From the NCBI GenBank assembly GCA_965229825.1, contig CBDDJQ010000012.1, positions 364,067 to 428,066 on the forward strand: DNA of 64,000 nt, written 5' to 3'. The translations under genes and the position numbers were made by a program. The DNA is from Vicinamibacterales bacterium (GTDB taxonomy: Bacteria; Acidobacteriota; Vicinamibacteria; Vicinamibacterales; UBA8438). Below the pieces are notes generated by a model that made no database searches, was not told where the DNA came from, and saw nothing but the letters and a program-made list of their open reading frames with translations. This document shows, piece by piece, positions 28,255-38,421 of this stretch. Numbering within the stretch: the stretch's first letter is position 1; each line of letters starts with the position of its first letter.

Positions 28255-29166
28255 ATGCGTATGGATCGCTCCGGCGGGAATCGCAAGCGCACCGTCCTGG
28301 TCGCCCTGCTCGGCGGCGGCCTGATCGCCGTCGCGGTCGCGCTGAACATCAACTTCATCGTCGTCAACTGGCGGACGGGGCTGCTGCTGCTGCTCGGCGT
28401 GGTCAGCTTCGTGGTCCTGGTCGGCGGTCTCACCCTGAACACCGCCTTCCTGATCCGCGAGATTCGGAAGAGCGAGCAGCACGACGCCTTCATCCACGCG
28501 GTGACGCACGAGCTGAAGACACCCCTCGCGAGCATCAAGCTGTATCTGCAGACGCTGCGCCAGCGCGAGCTGCCGGCCGGCACCCGGCACGAAATCATCG
28601 ACACGATGCTCGACGATTCCGATCGCCTGCAGCGGACCATCGATCAGATCCTGCTGGCCGGCAAGACCGGCGACGCCCGCCGGGTCCACAACCGGACCGA
28701 CGTCGACCTGTCCGAGGTCGTGGGGGAGTGCGTCTCGCTCGCAGGGAAGCGGCATCATCTCGTGAACGGCGAGGTGGAGCTGGTCGGCCGTCCACCGCAC
28801 GGCGCGTTCGTCGTCCAGGGCGACCGGGAGGAGCTGTCGGCGGCGGTGACCAACCTCGTCGACAACGCCATCAAGTACTCGGGCGACCGGGTGCGGGTGG
28901 CGGTGGACGTGGCGCGCATCGGGGCGCGTCGGGTGGCCGTCAGCGTGCGGGACCAGGGCATGGGCATCACCGGCCACGAGCTGAAGCGCGTGTTCCGCCG
29001 CTTCTACCGGCTGCCGGCCGCCCTCCAGTCGCGGGTGCGGGGGACGGGACTCGGGTTGTCGATCGTGCTCGCGGTGGCGCGGCGGCACGGCGGGCGCGCG
29101 TACGCGGACAGCCGGGGGGCCGAGCGGGGGAGCACGTTCACCCTCGAGCTGCCGTTGAAGTCATGA
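28255..29166 (+). CDS. sensor histidine kinase, intramembrane-sensing type
   Basis: Two TM helices separated by about 8 residues, then directly the HisKA H-box (FIHAVTHELKTPL) and HATPase_c motifs (DNAIKYS, DQGMGI, GTGLGLSIV). No periplasmic or HAMP domain. Confidence 0.9.
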   Translation: MRMDRSGGNRKRTVLVALLGGGLIAVAVALNINFIVVNWRTGLLLLLGVVSFVVLVGGLTLNTAFLIREIRKSEQHDAFIHAVTHELKTPLASIKLYLQTLRQRELPAGTRHEIIDTMLDDSDRLQRTIDQILLAGKTGDARRVHNRTDVDLSEVVGECVSLAGKRHHLVNGEVELVGRPPHGAFVVQGDREELSAAVTNLVDNAIKYSGDRVRVAVDVARIGARRVAVSVRDQGMGITGHELKRVFRRFYRLPAALQSRVRGTGLGLSIVLAVARRHGGRAYADSRGAERGSTFTLELPLKS

Positions 29167-29897
29167 GCCGTATCCTCATCGTCGAAGACGAAGACCATCT
29201 CGCGGCCGGGTTGAAGCTCAATCTCGAGGCCGAGGGGTTCACGGCCGACGTCGAGGACAACGGCGAGGCCGCCCTGGCGCGGCTCGTCGACGGGAGCGCG
29301 GCCGAGAATCCCTTCGACGTCGTGCTGCTCGACGTCATGCTGCCCGGCCTCGACGGGTTCGAGGTCGTGCGGCGGCTGCGCGAGGCGCGCCAGTTCGTCC
29401 CGGTCATGCTGTTGACGGCGCGCTCGCATACCGACGACGTCCTCCGCGGATTCGAAGCGGGCGCCGACGACTATCTGCCCAAGCCGTTCGATCTGTCCAT
29501 TCTTCTGGCACGGATCCAGGGGCTGCTCCGCCGCCGCCGGTGGCTGCAGGGGGACGAGGCGGGGCAGGCGCCGGAGGCCGACGAGTACCGCTTCGCCGGC
29601 CGGCACATCGATTTTCGCAACCAGGTGCTGCGCCGAAACGGCGCCGAGCAGCCGCTGACGCTGATGGAGGGGACCCTGCTGCGCCATCTCGTGGAGCACG
29701 CGGGCGAGACGGTGTCGCGGCAGACCCTCCTCGAAGAGGTCTGGGGGGTGCGCCAGGACACCGATACCCGGACCGTCGACAACTTCGTGGCGCGCCTGCG
29801 TCGCTACATCGAGACGGAACCGGCCCACCCCCGCCATCTGCTGACGGTGCGCGGCGTCGGCTATCGGTTCGTGGAGGAGCCTGACGATGCGCGTTGA
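29163..29897 (+). CDS. OmpR-family response regulator
   Basis: The ATG overlaps the kinase stop (ATGA). Receiver domain: ILIVEDE, LLDVMLPGLDG, KPF. Winged-helix C-terminus: LTLMEGTLLRHL, VRGVGYRF. Confidence 0.93.
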   Translation: MSRILIVEDEDHLAAGLKLNLEAEGFTADVEDNGEAALARLVDGSAAENPFDVVLLDVMLPGLDGFEVVRRLREARQFVPVMLLTARSHTDDVLRGFEAGADDYLPKPFDLSILLARIQGLLRRRRWLQGDEAGQAPEADEYRFAGRHIDFRNQVLRRNGAEQPLTLMEGTLLRHLVEHAGETVSRQTLLEEVWGVRQDTDTRTVDNFVARLRRYIETEPAHPRHLLTVRGVGYRFVEEPDDAR

Positions 29898-29932
29898 CGG
29901 CCAGCCGGCGGACGCATCATCCGATTGAACCC

Positions 29933-30571
29933 ATGCGAAAACAGACCCTCGTGAAGCTCGGCCTCGGACTGATCGCCTTGATCGTGGTGCCCTGGCTGTT
30001 CGTGCGGACGCTGCAGGACACCATCGCCGAACCGTACGCGGTCGAGACGGAGGCGTTGTCCGGCTGGACCCTGGTGCTGGCCGACCCCGCGCGGCCCGGG
30101 GTGTGGGCGGCGGGGCTGCAACCGCCGGACCTGTTCCGGGCCGGCCTCTTCGATCAACTGTTCGATCGGACCATGTCGTCGATGACGTCGCCGTCCGACG
30201 ACGTGCTCCCGATCGTGCTCGCCCGGGAGCTCCTCGGCAGTCCCGGCGCGCGGCTCTCGCCCGAGGCGATCCGTCAGGCGGCAGAGGAAGCCGGGCTCGA
30301 GCGGGCGCGCCTCCGTCCCGTCTGCATGGCGGTGAAGCGGGAGGCGTTCGCGGGCCGCACGCGGGAGTTCCACTTCGTGCTGTTCGACGTCCCCGAGGTG
30401 GCGGCCTTCCGCCGGCGCCTGCTTGAGCTGGCGGAGGGGGGCGCCGGGGCCGACGCACTCGGCGAGCTCGACCCGATCCTGCCCATTGCCGGTTCGGACC
30501 CGCGGTTCGAGAGCTGGTGGCCGGTGATCGTCGATCGCGAGACCGACTGCCAGGCGCCGGTCGGGTCCTGA
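29933..30571 (+). CDS. hypothetical membrane-anchored protein
   Basis: ATG 29933 with one N-terminal TM helix (LGLGLIALIVVPWLFV). No recognised domain. Co-oriented with the two-component genes. Confidence 0.5.
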   Translation: MRKQTLVKLGLGLIALIVVPWLFVRTLQDTIAEPYAVETEALSGWTLVLADPARPGVWAAGLQPPDLFRAGLFDQLFDRTMSSMTSPSDDVLPIVLARELLGSPGARLSPEAIRQAAEEAGLERARLRPVCMAVKREAFAGRTREFHFVLFDVPEVAAFRRRLLELAEGGAGADALGELDPILPIAGSDPRFESWWPVIVDRETDCQAPVGS

Positions 30572-30747
30572 CCGGCAGGAGCCGCATCCGGGCGAGATCG
30601 CACACCGAGGGCAGCCGTGACGAGTGCCCGGGCGTCGTCTTGCTTCGGCGGGCGGTGACGAGGATCCGGTCGCACGTCGGCCGTCCGGGTCAGCGCCCTG
30701 GCGACGTGTTTCGTGAGGTGGTTCGGGTGGTCGACGCTTGGCGATTT

Positions 30748-31392
30748 TCAGTCGTTCTTTACTCCGAGCGCCTTCGGGCGACGCGCCAGGTCGAGGATAG
30801 CCTGATCGCGCGGCGGGGCGAATTCGTAACCAGGCCGGGACGGTTCACGCAAGGTGATCGCGTCGTAGTAGTCATCGAGCGGGATGAAGACACCATGGGT
30901 TTCCGCCCATACGCGCATGCCGCGGTTGCACGAATGCGCCCACGACAGTACTTCCACCCGCCAGCCTCGTTTGTGCATCCGCTCCAGAGTGCTGTGGAAT
31001 CCCCGGCCATGGGCGTAGCCGGCGCCATCGCCGGTGAGCAGCACGACGATCCCCGGATCGCCGTTGTAATCCAAGCCGTCCTCCAGCATGCGCAACTGCA
31101 GCCACTGATCTGGCACGCCCTGTTCGCCCTGGTCGCGCGCGCCGCGGTCGAACAGATTGACCTCGACACCGCGGTTCTCCATCCGGTTCCAGAGCTGCTG
31201 CATTTCTGGGGGAATGGATCCGGCCGCCACAGCCCTCCTGACCGAGCGGTCAGCGTGGGCCAAGCGCAGCAGGTTATCGCAATGGACGCGTACGAGGTGC
31301 CGGGCTCCCGGTGTACCTTCCGTCTCGTCGGCGAGGCGTTGCGCCTCGTGGTAGATGTTGGAGTTGTCCCAGTAGACGCAGACATCGTTCAT
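30748..31392 (-). CDS. NYN-domain protein (stand-alone)
   Basis: Start at ATG 31392, 214 aa. NYN strings VCVYWDNSNI, VVLLTGDGAGY, WRVEVLSW. Confidence 0.7.
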   Translation of the reverse strand: MNDVCVYWDNSNIYHEAQRLADETEGTPGARHLVRVHCDNLLRLAHADRSVRRAVAAGSIPPEMQQLWNRMENRGVEVNLFDRGARDQGEQGVPDQWLQLRMLEDGLDYNGDPGIVVLLTGDGAGYAHGRGFHSTLERMHKRGWRVEVLSWAHSCNRGMRVWAETHGVFIPLDDYYDAITLREPSRPGYEFAPPRDQAILDLARRPKALGVKND

Positions 31393-31763
31393 AGCATGGC
31401 TTCCCGTCTCGCCTTCGGCCGCGCAGGCAGCGCGGAAGACGCGTATTCCGCCGTCAAGGCTGCGGGCGGGCTCAGGTGTACCAGCGTAGCACGGGGCTCC
31501 GGGGCCGAAAAAACCGGTCGTTATGACTGGACGGCTGAAGCATCGCGGGTGGGATCCGGAACGATCCCAACGAGTCGGCGGGCAGTTTCTGACGGATCCT
31601 GCACCAGCTCGCAGCCGTCGCCGGGCTCCAGGACGATGCCGGCGCCGGCGGTGTTCCCCCGACGCCGGTAGTGCGACCCCTGTGTCGAGGATGGGCCAGC
31701 CGCGGCAAGCCATCGGGGCAGCGGAGCTGCTGCCGGACTGCGGCCGCGGGCGGCGGCGGTCGG

Positions 31764-33323
31764 CTACTCGGCGCGGGTTTCCAGCCGGGCCGCGCGCAGG
31801 CCCTTCCAGAGGCTGTAACACATCGCGAGGAGCACTAGCGCGAAGGGGAAGCCGGTGGTGAGAGCGGCCGTCTGCAGCGCCACCAGCCCGCCGCTGACCA
31901 GGAGGGTGATGGCGACGATCCCTTCGAACGCGCACCAGAAGACGCGTTGGGCGACCGGCGCGTCGAGCTTGCCGCCGGCGGTGATGGAGTCGATCACCAG
32001 CGATCCGGAATCGGAAGAGGTGACGAAGAAGACGACCACCAGGACGATGGCGATGAACGAGGTGACGCCGGTGAACGGAAGCACTTCCAGCATCCTGAAC
32101 AGGGCCAGCTCCGGTTGCTGGGCCTGCACCGCCTCGACCACTCCGGTATGGCCCTCGTCGAGATAGAGGGACAGCGCGGTTGCGCCGAACGCGTTCATCC
32201 AGAGCGCGGACAGGAGCACCGGGATGACCAGCATGCAGCCGATCAGGCCGCGCACGGTGCGGCCTCGCGAGACCCGGGCGATGAACATGCCGACGAAGGG
32301 CGACCACGAGAGCCACCACGCCCAGAAGAAGGTGGTCCAGCCGTGCATGAAGTCGAAGTCGTCGCGGCCCACCCAGTTGCTGAGCGGTCCGATCGCCGCG
32401 ACATAGTCGCCGACGCTGACGACGAACCCCGCGAGCAGGTCGAGGGTCGGCCCGACCGCCAGCACGAACGCAAGCAGCAGCAGGGCCAGCAGCAGGTTGG
32501 CCTGGCTCAGGCGCTTGACGCCCTTGTCCAGCCCCGCGACCACCGACGCCAGCGCGATGGACGTGATGCCGGCGATCAGCAGCACCTTGGTGGTGTTGGT
32601 AGCCGGCACGCCGAACAGGTGGTTCAGCCCCGCCGCCGTCTGCTCGGCGCCCAGACCGAGCGAGGTCGCCAGCCCGAACAGCGTGGCGAACACGGCGAGG
32701 ATGTCGATGACGTGGCCGAACGGGCCCCACACCGCGTCGCCCAGGATCGGGTAGAACGCCGATCGCAGGGTCAGCGGCAACCCGAGGTTGTAGGCCGCGA
32801 AGGCGAGTGCGACCGCGACCACCGCGAACATGGCCCAGGGGTGCACGCCCCAGTGGAAGATGGCAGAAGCGATGGCAAGGCGGTGCGCGGCGTCGGTGTC
32901 CGCGGCGTCGACGCCGAGCGGCGGATTCTGGAAGTGCTCGACCGGCTCCGCCACGCCGAAGAACATCAGGCCGATGCCGATCCCGGCCGCGAACAGCATG
33001 GCGAACCACGACCAGGTGGAGTAGTCCGGCCTGGCGTCCGGACCGCCCAGGCGGACGCGGCCGAGGGGCGTCGCCAGCAACAGCAGGCAGAAGAGGACGA
33101 AGACGTTGCCCGCGGCCATGAACACCCAGTCGAACGTCGAGGTGAGCCAAGCGTACAGTGCGTCGAAGGCGCCCCCGGCGGCGTCCCGGAACACGAGCAC
33201 CCCGGCGACGAAGGCGATGATGGTGAGGCTGGAGACGACGAAGACCGGGTTGTGAACGTCGAGGCCGAGGAACCGGACGTTGTCCTGGCCGAGCTCGTAG
33301 TCGGTTTGCGCGGCGATGGCCAT
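31764..33323 (-). CDS. BCCT-family (betaine/carnitine/choline) transporter
   Basis: 519 aa. WSWFAMLFAAGIGIGLMFFGVAEP and WTTFFWAWWLSWSPFVGMFIARVSRGRT are hallmark BCCT strings. Confidence 0.92.
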   Translation of the reverse strand: MAIAAQTDYELGQDNVRFLGLDVHNPVFVVSSLTIIAFVAGVLVFRDAAGGAFDALYAWLTSTFDWVFMAAGNVFVLFCLLLLATPLGRVRLGGPDARPDYSTWSWFAMLFAAGIGIGLMFFGVAEPVEHFQNPPLGVDAADTDAAHRLAIASAIFHWGVHPWAMFAVVAVALAFAAYNLGLPLTLRSAFYPILGDAVWGPFGHVIDILAVFATLFGLATSLGLGAEQTAAGLNHLFGVPATNTTKVLLIAGITSIALASVVAGLDKGVKRLSQANLLLALLLLAFVLAVGPTLDLLAGFVVSVGDYVAAIGPLSNWVGRDDFDFMHGWTTFFWAWWLSWSPFVGMFIARVSRGRTVRGLIGCMLVIPVLLSALWMNAFGATALSLYLDEGHTGVVEAVQAQQPELALFRMLEVLPFTGVTSFIAIVLVVVFFVTSSDSGSLVIDSITAGGKLDAPVAQRVFWCAFEGIVAITLLVSGGLVALQTAALTTGFPFALVLLAMCYSLWKGLRAARLETRAE

Positions 33324-33456
33324 GCGGAACCTGCGTTACTGGAAATGCAGTGGCGGATCGTGCCGTCACTGACGACAACCTGTTTGACGTCTCCGCCCCA
33401 CGGGACCCCTGGGTCGGTTTGGCGGGCAGCGGCGCCGCAAAGGCGACGATTGCCGG

Positions 33457-34713
33457 CTACTGCTCGTCGACGATGGCTTCGTGGACGAGATCCTTGAACT
33501 CCTCTCGGAATCCGCCCCCGCGCGACGGCGAGACCGCCGCCATGATCACGGTGATGAGGCCGTGCTCGGGATCGATCGAGAACCGGGTTCCGGACGATCC
33601 GTCCCACCAGTACTCGCCGTCGCCGACCGGGAACGGATAGCGGCGGGGCTCGAGCACGACGTTGAATCCCAGGCCCCAGCCGGATCCCGCCATGTAGCCG
33701 GAGGGGGACAGCGGAAGCACCGCGTCGGGCACGTGGTTGCGGGTCATCAGGGCGACGGTGTCGGAAGCGAGCACCCGCACGCCGTTCAGCGTTCCGCCGT
33801 TCAACAGCATCTGCGAGAAGCGGAGATAGTCGGTGACCGTCGACAGCAGACCGACGCCGCCCTCGATGAGAGTGGGACGCTCGGTGAACGGCACGTCCTC
33901 GATGGCGTAGGGGTAGAGTTCGCCGCTGCCGTCGTCGAGGCGGTAGACGGTGGTGAGGCGATCGGCGCGCTCTCCCTCGGCCCGGAACACGGTGTCGGTC
34001 ATCCCCAGCGGCGCGAACAGCCGCTCGGCCAGGAACTCGTCGAACGGCTGTCCGGACCAGATCTCCACCAGCCGGCCGAGGATGGTGGTGGAGATGCCGT
34101 ACCGGAACCGCGTGCCGGGGTCTTCGAACAGGGGCACGCGGGCGGCGTTGTCCACCATCTGCGGCAGGGTGATGGACCGCAGCCGGACCTGCTCGGCGCG
34201 GTAGATGGGGGTGCTGCGGCTGCCGATTCCGGAGGTGTGGGTGAGCAGATGGCGCACGGTGATGTCGCCGGTGCGCGGGCGGGTCCGGGCGAGGTCGGGG
34301 TCGCCGGCGTCCACGAACACCCGCTGGCCGGCGAACTGCGGCAGGTACTGCGCGATCGGATCGTCGAGGCCGAACCGGCCCTCCTCCCACAACATCATGA
34401 CTGCGGTGCTCGTGATCGGCCGGGTCATCGAGTACAGGCGGAAGAGGGCGTCGCGGGTCATCGCGCTGCCGGTCTCCCGGTCGCGTTGTCCGAGGGCCTC
34501 GAAGTACACGAGCTGGCCTTGGCGGGCCACCGCCGCCACCACCCCGGCGATATCCGACGCGTTGACGTGGGCCTGCAGCGCCTCGGTGGCCTCGGCGAGG
34601 CGGCTCGACGACATGCCCATGGATTCGGGCGAGGCGGTTGCGAGGTCCTGGGCCGCGGCGGGCAGCGTCAGGGTCAGGCACGCGACGGCAATCAGGGCGG
34701 GTCGAACATTCAT
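33457..34713 (-). CDS. beta-lactamase-family serine hydrolase homologue with SxxR in place of SxxK
   Basis: Signal peptide followed by class C/EstB-like strings, but the nucleophile motif reads YSMTRPITS (Arg98, codon CGG at 34420-34422) instead of SMTKP. Confidence 0.85.
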   Translation of the reverse strand: MNVRPALIAVACLTLTLPAAAQDLATASPESMGMSSSRLAEATEALQAHVNASDIAGVVAAVARQGQLVYFEALGQRDRETGSAMTRDALFRLYSMTRPITSTAVMMLWEEGRFGLDDPIAQYLPQFAGQRVFVDAGDPDLARTRPRTGDITVRHLLTHTSGIGSRSTPIYRAEQVRLRSITLPQMVDNAARVPLFEDPGTRFRYGISTTILGRLVEIWSGQPFDEFLAERLFAPLGMTDTVFRAEGERADRLTTVYRLDDGSGELYPYAIEDVPFTERPTLIEGGVGLLSTVTDYLRFSQMLLNGGTLNGVRVLASDTVALMTRNHVPDAVLPLSPSGYMAGSGWGLGFNVVLEPRRYPFPVGDGEYWWDGSSGTRFSIDPEHGLITVIMAAVSPSRGGGFREEFKDLVHEAIVDEQ

Positions 34714-35070
34714 GCAGCTCTCCAGTCAGACGGTATCCAGGGTCGTGTGTCGCATCCTATAATCATCAGTCGTCGTACGCGAAGTCCGCCGGGGTCGTGG
34801 TGGCAACCGCGGACTGCACGCAGTCCGGCGAACGGCGCAGTCCACGCGGGAACCGCCGGTCGAATGCGGCGGGGCTTTCGCCCCCGGCTCCCGGATCCGG
34901 CGAGCCGGTTCGGGCGGACGGCGCGGGGCCGTATGCCGGGGCAGCGGCCCGAGGTGGGATGCGGAGATCGTGACGTGGTGACGGCCCGTGGCGGAACTTC
35001 CGGGTCGCGCCGATACGGGGCACAGCGGGACGGCTCGCGGACGGCGGGCCGATATCGAGGAGAAGAAATA

Positions 35071-36311
35071 GTGCTGAAGCGTCTGACGGTGATCGGAATC
35101 GCGCTGATGATTGGGGTGACGATGGCGCCGGCGCCGGTGGCCGGCCAGGACACGTCGCAGTGGCGGGGACCGAATCGGGACGGCGCGGTGACCGGGTTCG
35201 ACGTGCCCGCGTCCTGGCCCGACGGGCTCACCCGGCAGTGGACCGTCGACGTGGGATTCGGCTGGCCGGCCATCGCAGTCGTCGTGCCCGCGGGGATCGG
35301 CTCTACCTGTTCAGCCGGCAGGGTGACGACGAAGTGATGCAGGCGCTCGACCCCGCCACCGGTGCGACCCTCTGGCGATCGAGCTATCCGGCGCCGTTCG
35401 ACATGATGCCGGCCACCCTTAATCACGGGCCCGGACCCAAGTCGACCCCGGCCTACGCCGACGGGCGCCTCTTCACGCTCGGCATTAGCGGCATCGTGAC
35501 CGCGTTCGACGCCGCGGACGGCCGGCAGTTGTGGCAGCGGCCCGCCGATCGGGTCCAGCCGCTCTACCACACCGGCCAGTCGGCGATCGTCGACGGCGAT
35601 CGGGTGATTCTGCACGTCGGCGGCCAGGACGACGGTGCGCTGACTGCGTTCGACGTGGCCACCGGCGAGGTCCGGTGGAGCTGGGACGGTGACGGGCCCG
35701 CCTACGGGTCGCCGATCATCGCCGAGGTCGAAGGTGCGCGGCAGGTGATCACCTTCACCCAGGAGCACTTCGTCGGCGTCGCGGCCGAGACCGGCCAGTT
35801 GCTGTGGAGCCGGCCGTTCACGACTCCGTCGACGACCACGTCGCAGACACCGCATCTCTATGAGGGCGACCTGATCGAAACCGGGCGCGGCAACGGCGTC
35901 ACCCGCTTCCGCATCGTCCGCGAGGGGAATGCCTGGACCACCGAGAACGTGTGGCACACCGACGAGGTGGGGTTGCACATGACCAACGGGGTGGTCGTCG
36001 ACGGCGTGCTGTACGGGCTGTCGCACCTGAACAGCGGCCAGTACTTCGGCCTGGACCTCGACACCGGCGAGGTGCTCTGGACGAGCGCACCGCGGCAGGC
36101 CGAGAACGCCGCCATCCTGAACGCGGGCACCACCATCCTGTCCCTGGAGGACGATGCCGAGCTGGTCGTCCTGCCGCACAGCCGCACCGGTTTCGAGCCG
36201 GTGCAGCGGTACGAAGTGGCAGAGAGCTCGACCTGGGCGCAGCCCACGCTGGCCGGGAACCGGGTGTTCGTCAGGGACATCGAGTCGCTGACGCTCTGGA
36301 CCGTCGAGTAG
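35071..36311 (+). pseudogene. PQQ-like/BamB-like beta-propeller repeat protein, one frameshift near 35285-35295
   Basis: GTG 35071 follows GAGGAGAAG and gives signal peptide VLKRLTVIGIALMIGVTMAPAPVAG and WRGPNRDG in frame 1. The protein continues in the frame of ORF 35160-36311 from RGDRLYLFSRQGDDEV, with repeated G..LW propeller motifs. The junction lies in GTGCCCGCGGGG. Confidence 0.65.
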
Positions 36312-36326
36312 GAGTCTGCGCCGCCG
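36312..36326. repeat. GAGTCTGCGCCG motif copy
   Basis: Starts immediately after stop codon 36309-36311. A second copy lies 49 nt downstream. Confidence 0.5.
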
Positions 36327-36360
36327 GGCGGCGGCGGGCAGAGGCAGGATCGCAAGGTGG

Positions 36361-36375
36361 GAGTCTGCGCCGCAG
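36361..36375. repeat. GAGTCTGCGCCG motif copy
   Basis: GAGTCTGCGCCGCAG, 44 nt upstream of the peroxiredoxin start. Confidence 0.5.
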
Positions 36376-36418
36376 AGCGGAGCGGAATCCTGCAGGTCAA
36401 CCGAAGAGGGGAATCCAG

Positions 36419-37078
36419 ATGTCGCTACGCATCAACCAAGTTGCTCCGGACTTCACGGCGGAGTCGACACAGGGCACCATCAACTTTCACGAATGGATCG
36501 GGGACGGCTGGGCCATCCTGTGCTCGCACCCCAAGGATTTCACGCCGGTGTGCACGACGGAATTGGGCTACATGGCCGGGCTGCAACCGGAATTCGAGAA
36601 GCGCAACTGCAAGATTCTCGGCATCAGCGTCGACGGCGTGAGCAATCACGCCGCCTGGTCCAAGGACATCGAGGCGTCGCAGGGACACGCCGTGACCTAT
36701 CCCCTCATCGGCGATCCCAAGCTGAAGATCGTCAAGCAGTACGACATGCTGCCGGCCGATGCCGGGGATACCAGCGAGGGGCGGACCCCGGCCGACAACG
36801 CGACGGCGCGATCGGTGTTCGTCATCGGTCCCGACAAGCGGATCAAGGCGACCATCACCTATCCGATGAGCACCGGCCGCAACTTCGACGAGATCCTGCG
36901 CCTGCTGGACTCGTGTCAGCTCACGGCGTCGAAGAAGGTGGCCACTCCCGTGAACTGGAAGCAGGGCGAGGACGTCATCATTCTGCCCGCGGTGTCCGAC
37001 GAAGACGCAAGGGCCGCCTATCCCGGCGGCTGGCAGCAGCCCTTGCCGTACATCCGGATCGTGCCGCAGCCGAAGTAG
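36419..37078 (+). CDS. 1-Cys peroxiredoxin (Prx6-type)
   Basis: 219 aa. APDFTAESTQG, HPKDFTPVCTTE (peroxidatic Cys), and a C-terminal region typical of Prx6. Confidence 0.93.
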   Translation: MSLRINQVAPDFTAESTQGTINFHEWIGDGWAILCSHPKDFTPVCTTELGYMAGLQPEFEKRNCKILGISVDGVSNHAAWSKDIEASQGHAVTYPLIGDPKLKIVKQYDMLPADAGDTSEGRTPADNATARSVFVIGPDKRIKATITYPMSTGRNFDEILRLLDSCQLTASKKVATPVNWKQGEDVIILPAVSDEDARAAYPGGWQQPLPYIRIVPQPK

Positions 37079-37166
37079 GACCTGCCTTTTCGCGCTGGCG
37101 GCGATTGAGGGTTGCATCGAGCGGGCAGGTATCAGAGGATCGGCTGCAACCGGGAGGAGAATAGTC

Positions 37167-38354
37167 ATGCAGAAAGACAAGGGACGACGACTGGCGTTCG
37201 GGGCGGTGTGCCTCGCGCTGGTCGCACTGATCGGGGCGGGCGCCATGCTCGGCCGCACGGAGGCCACGCAGGGCGACCTGGTCTGGGGTCCGGTATTCGA
37301 AGTGGATCCGCTCTGGCCGAAGCCGCTGCCGAACCACTGGTTGCTGGGCACCACCATCGGGGTGTCGGTCGACAACCGGGACCACGTCTGGATCATCCAC
37401 CGCGGCGATTCGCTGTCGGCCGGCGAGGTGCCGGCGGCGCAGGATCCGCCGAACGCGGCCGAGTGCTGCTTCCCGGCGCCGCCCGTGCTCGAGTTCGATC
37501 AGGCGGGCACGCTGGTCAACTACTGGGGCGGTCCCGGCGAGGGCTACGAGTGGCCGGCCTCGAACCACGGCGTCTTCGTCGACCACATGGACAACGTGTG
37601 GATCGGCGGCAACGGCGGTCCCGATTCGCATCTCCTGAAGTTCACCCGGCAGGGTAACTTCCTGCTGCAGGTGGGCAGCTCGGGCGGCAACGCCGGCAGC
37701 AACGACGAGGAGAACTTCGGCCGCGTCGCGAAGATCTACGTGGACCCGAAGGACAACGAGGCGTACATCGCCGACGGCTACCTCAACAAGCGCGTCGTGG
37801 TGCTGGACGCCGACACCGGCGCCTTCAAGCGCTTCTGGGGCGCGTACGGCAACACGCCGGACGATACCGACCTGGGCCGCTACGACCCGAGCGCCGAGCC
37901 CGCGCAGCAGTTCCGGACCCCGGTGCACTGCGCCGAGCTCTCCCTCGACGGCCTGGTCTACGTCTGCGACCGCGTGAACGACCGGATCCAGGTGTTCCAG
38001 AAGGACGGCACCTTCGTCGAAGAGCTGATCGTCGCCAGGGACACCCTCGGCGCCGGTTCGGCCTGGGACCTCGCGTTCTCGCGTGACGCCGACCAGAAGT
38101 ACATCTACATGGCCGACGGCGTGAACGAGAAGGTCTACATCATCGATCGCAAGGAGATGGAAGTGCTGTCGAGCTTCGGCGACGGCGGGCGCCAGCCCGG
38201 CCAGTTCTACGGCGCCCACAGCATCATGACCGACTCGAGCGGCAACATCTACACGACGGAGACGTTCGAGGGCAAGCGCGTGCAGAAGTTCGTGTACAAG
38301 GGCGAGGGTCCGATTCGCGCCGGCGACCAGGGCGTGGTCTGGCCGTCCAACTGA
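37167..38354 (+). CDS. NHL-repeat six-bladed propeller, peptidyl-alpha-hydroxyglycine alpha-amidating lyase (PAL)-like
   Basis: Signal/anchor segment, then repeated V.VD...N.W/YV.D..N.R.. blades (VDNRDHVWIIHRG, VDHMDNVWIGG, YIADGYLNKRVVVLD, YVCDRVNDRIQVF, IYTTETFEGKRVQKF). Confidence 0.7.
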   Translation: MQKDKGRRLAFGAVCLALVALIGAGAMLGRTEATQGDLVWGPVFEVDPLWPKPLPNHWLLGTTIGVSVDNRDHVWIIHRGDSLSAGEVPAAQDPPNAAECCFPAPPVLEFDQAGTLVNYWGGPGEGYEWPASNHGVFVDHMDNVWIGGNGGPDSHLLKFTRQGNFLLQVGSSGGNAGSNDEENFGRVAKIYVDPKDNEAYIADGYLNKRVVVLDADTGAFKRFWGAYGNTPDDTDLGRYDPSAEPAQQFRTPVHCAELSLDGLVYVCDRVNDRIQVFQKDGTFVEELIVARDTLGAGSAWDLAFSRDADQKYIYMADGVNEKVYIIDRKEMEVLSSFGDGGRQPGQFYGAHSIMTDSSGNIYTTETFEGKRVQKFVYKGEGPIRAGDQGVVWPSN

Positions 38355-38382
38355 TCCGCCCACCGCGGATCGGGTAGTTCGG

Positions 38383-38421
38383 AACGGGGATCGGGACCGA
38401 GGTCCTGGTCCCCGTTTTCTT
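38383..38421 (+). terminator. rho-independent terminator
   Basis: AACGGGGA..GGACC-ga-GGTCC..TCCCCGTT stem followed by TTTCTT, 29 nt after the stop at 38354. Confidence 0.6.

Noticed and set aside
31393-31763. The 370-nt spacer upstream of the stand-alone NYN gene as a riboswitch or sRNA locus.
   Set aside because: I could not fold or recognise any known RNA motif by eye, and the only ORFs there are GC-shadow ORFs. Left unannotated.
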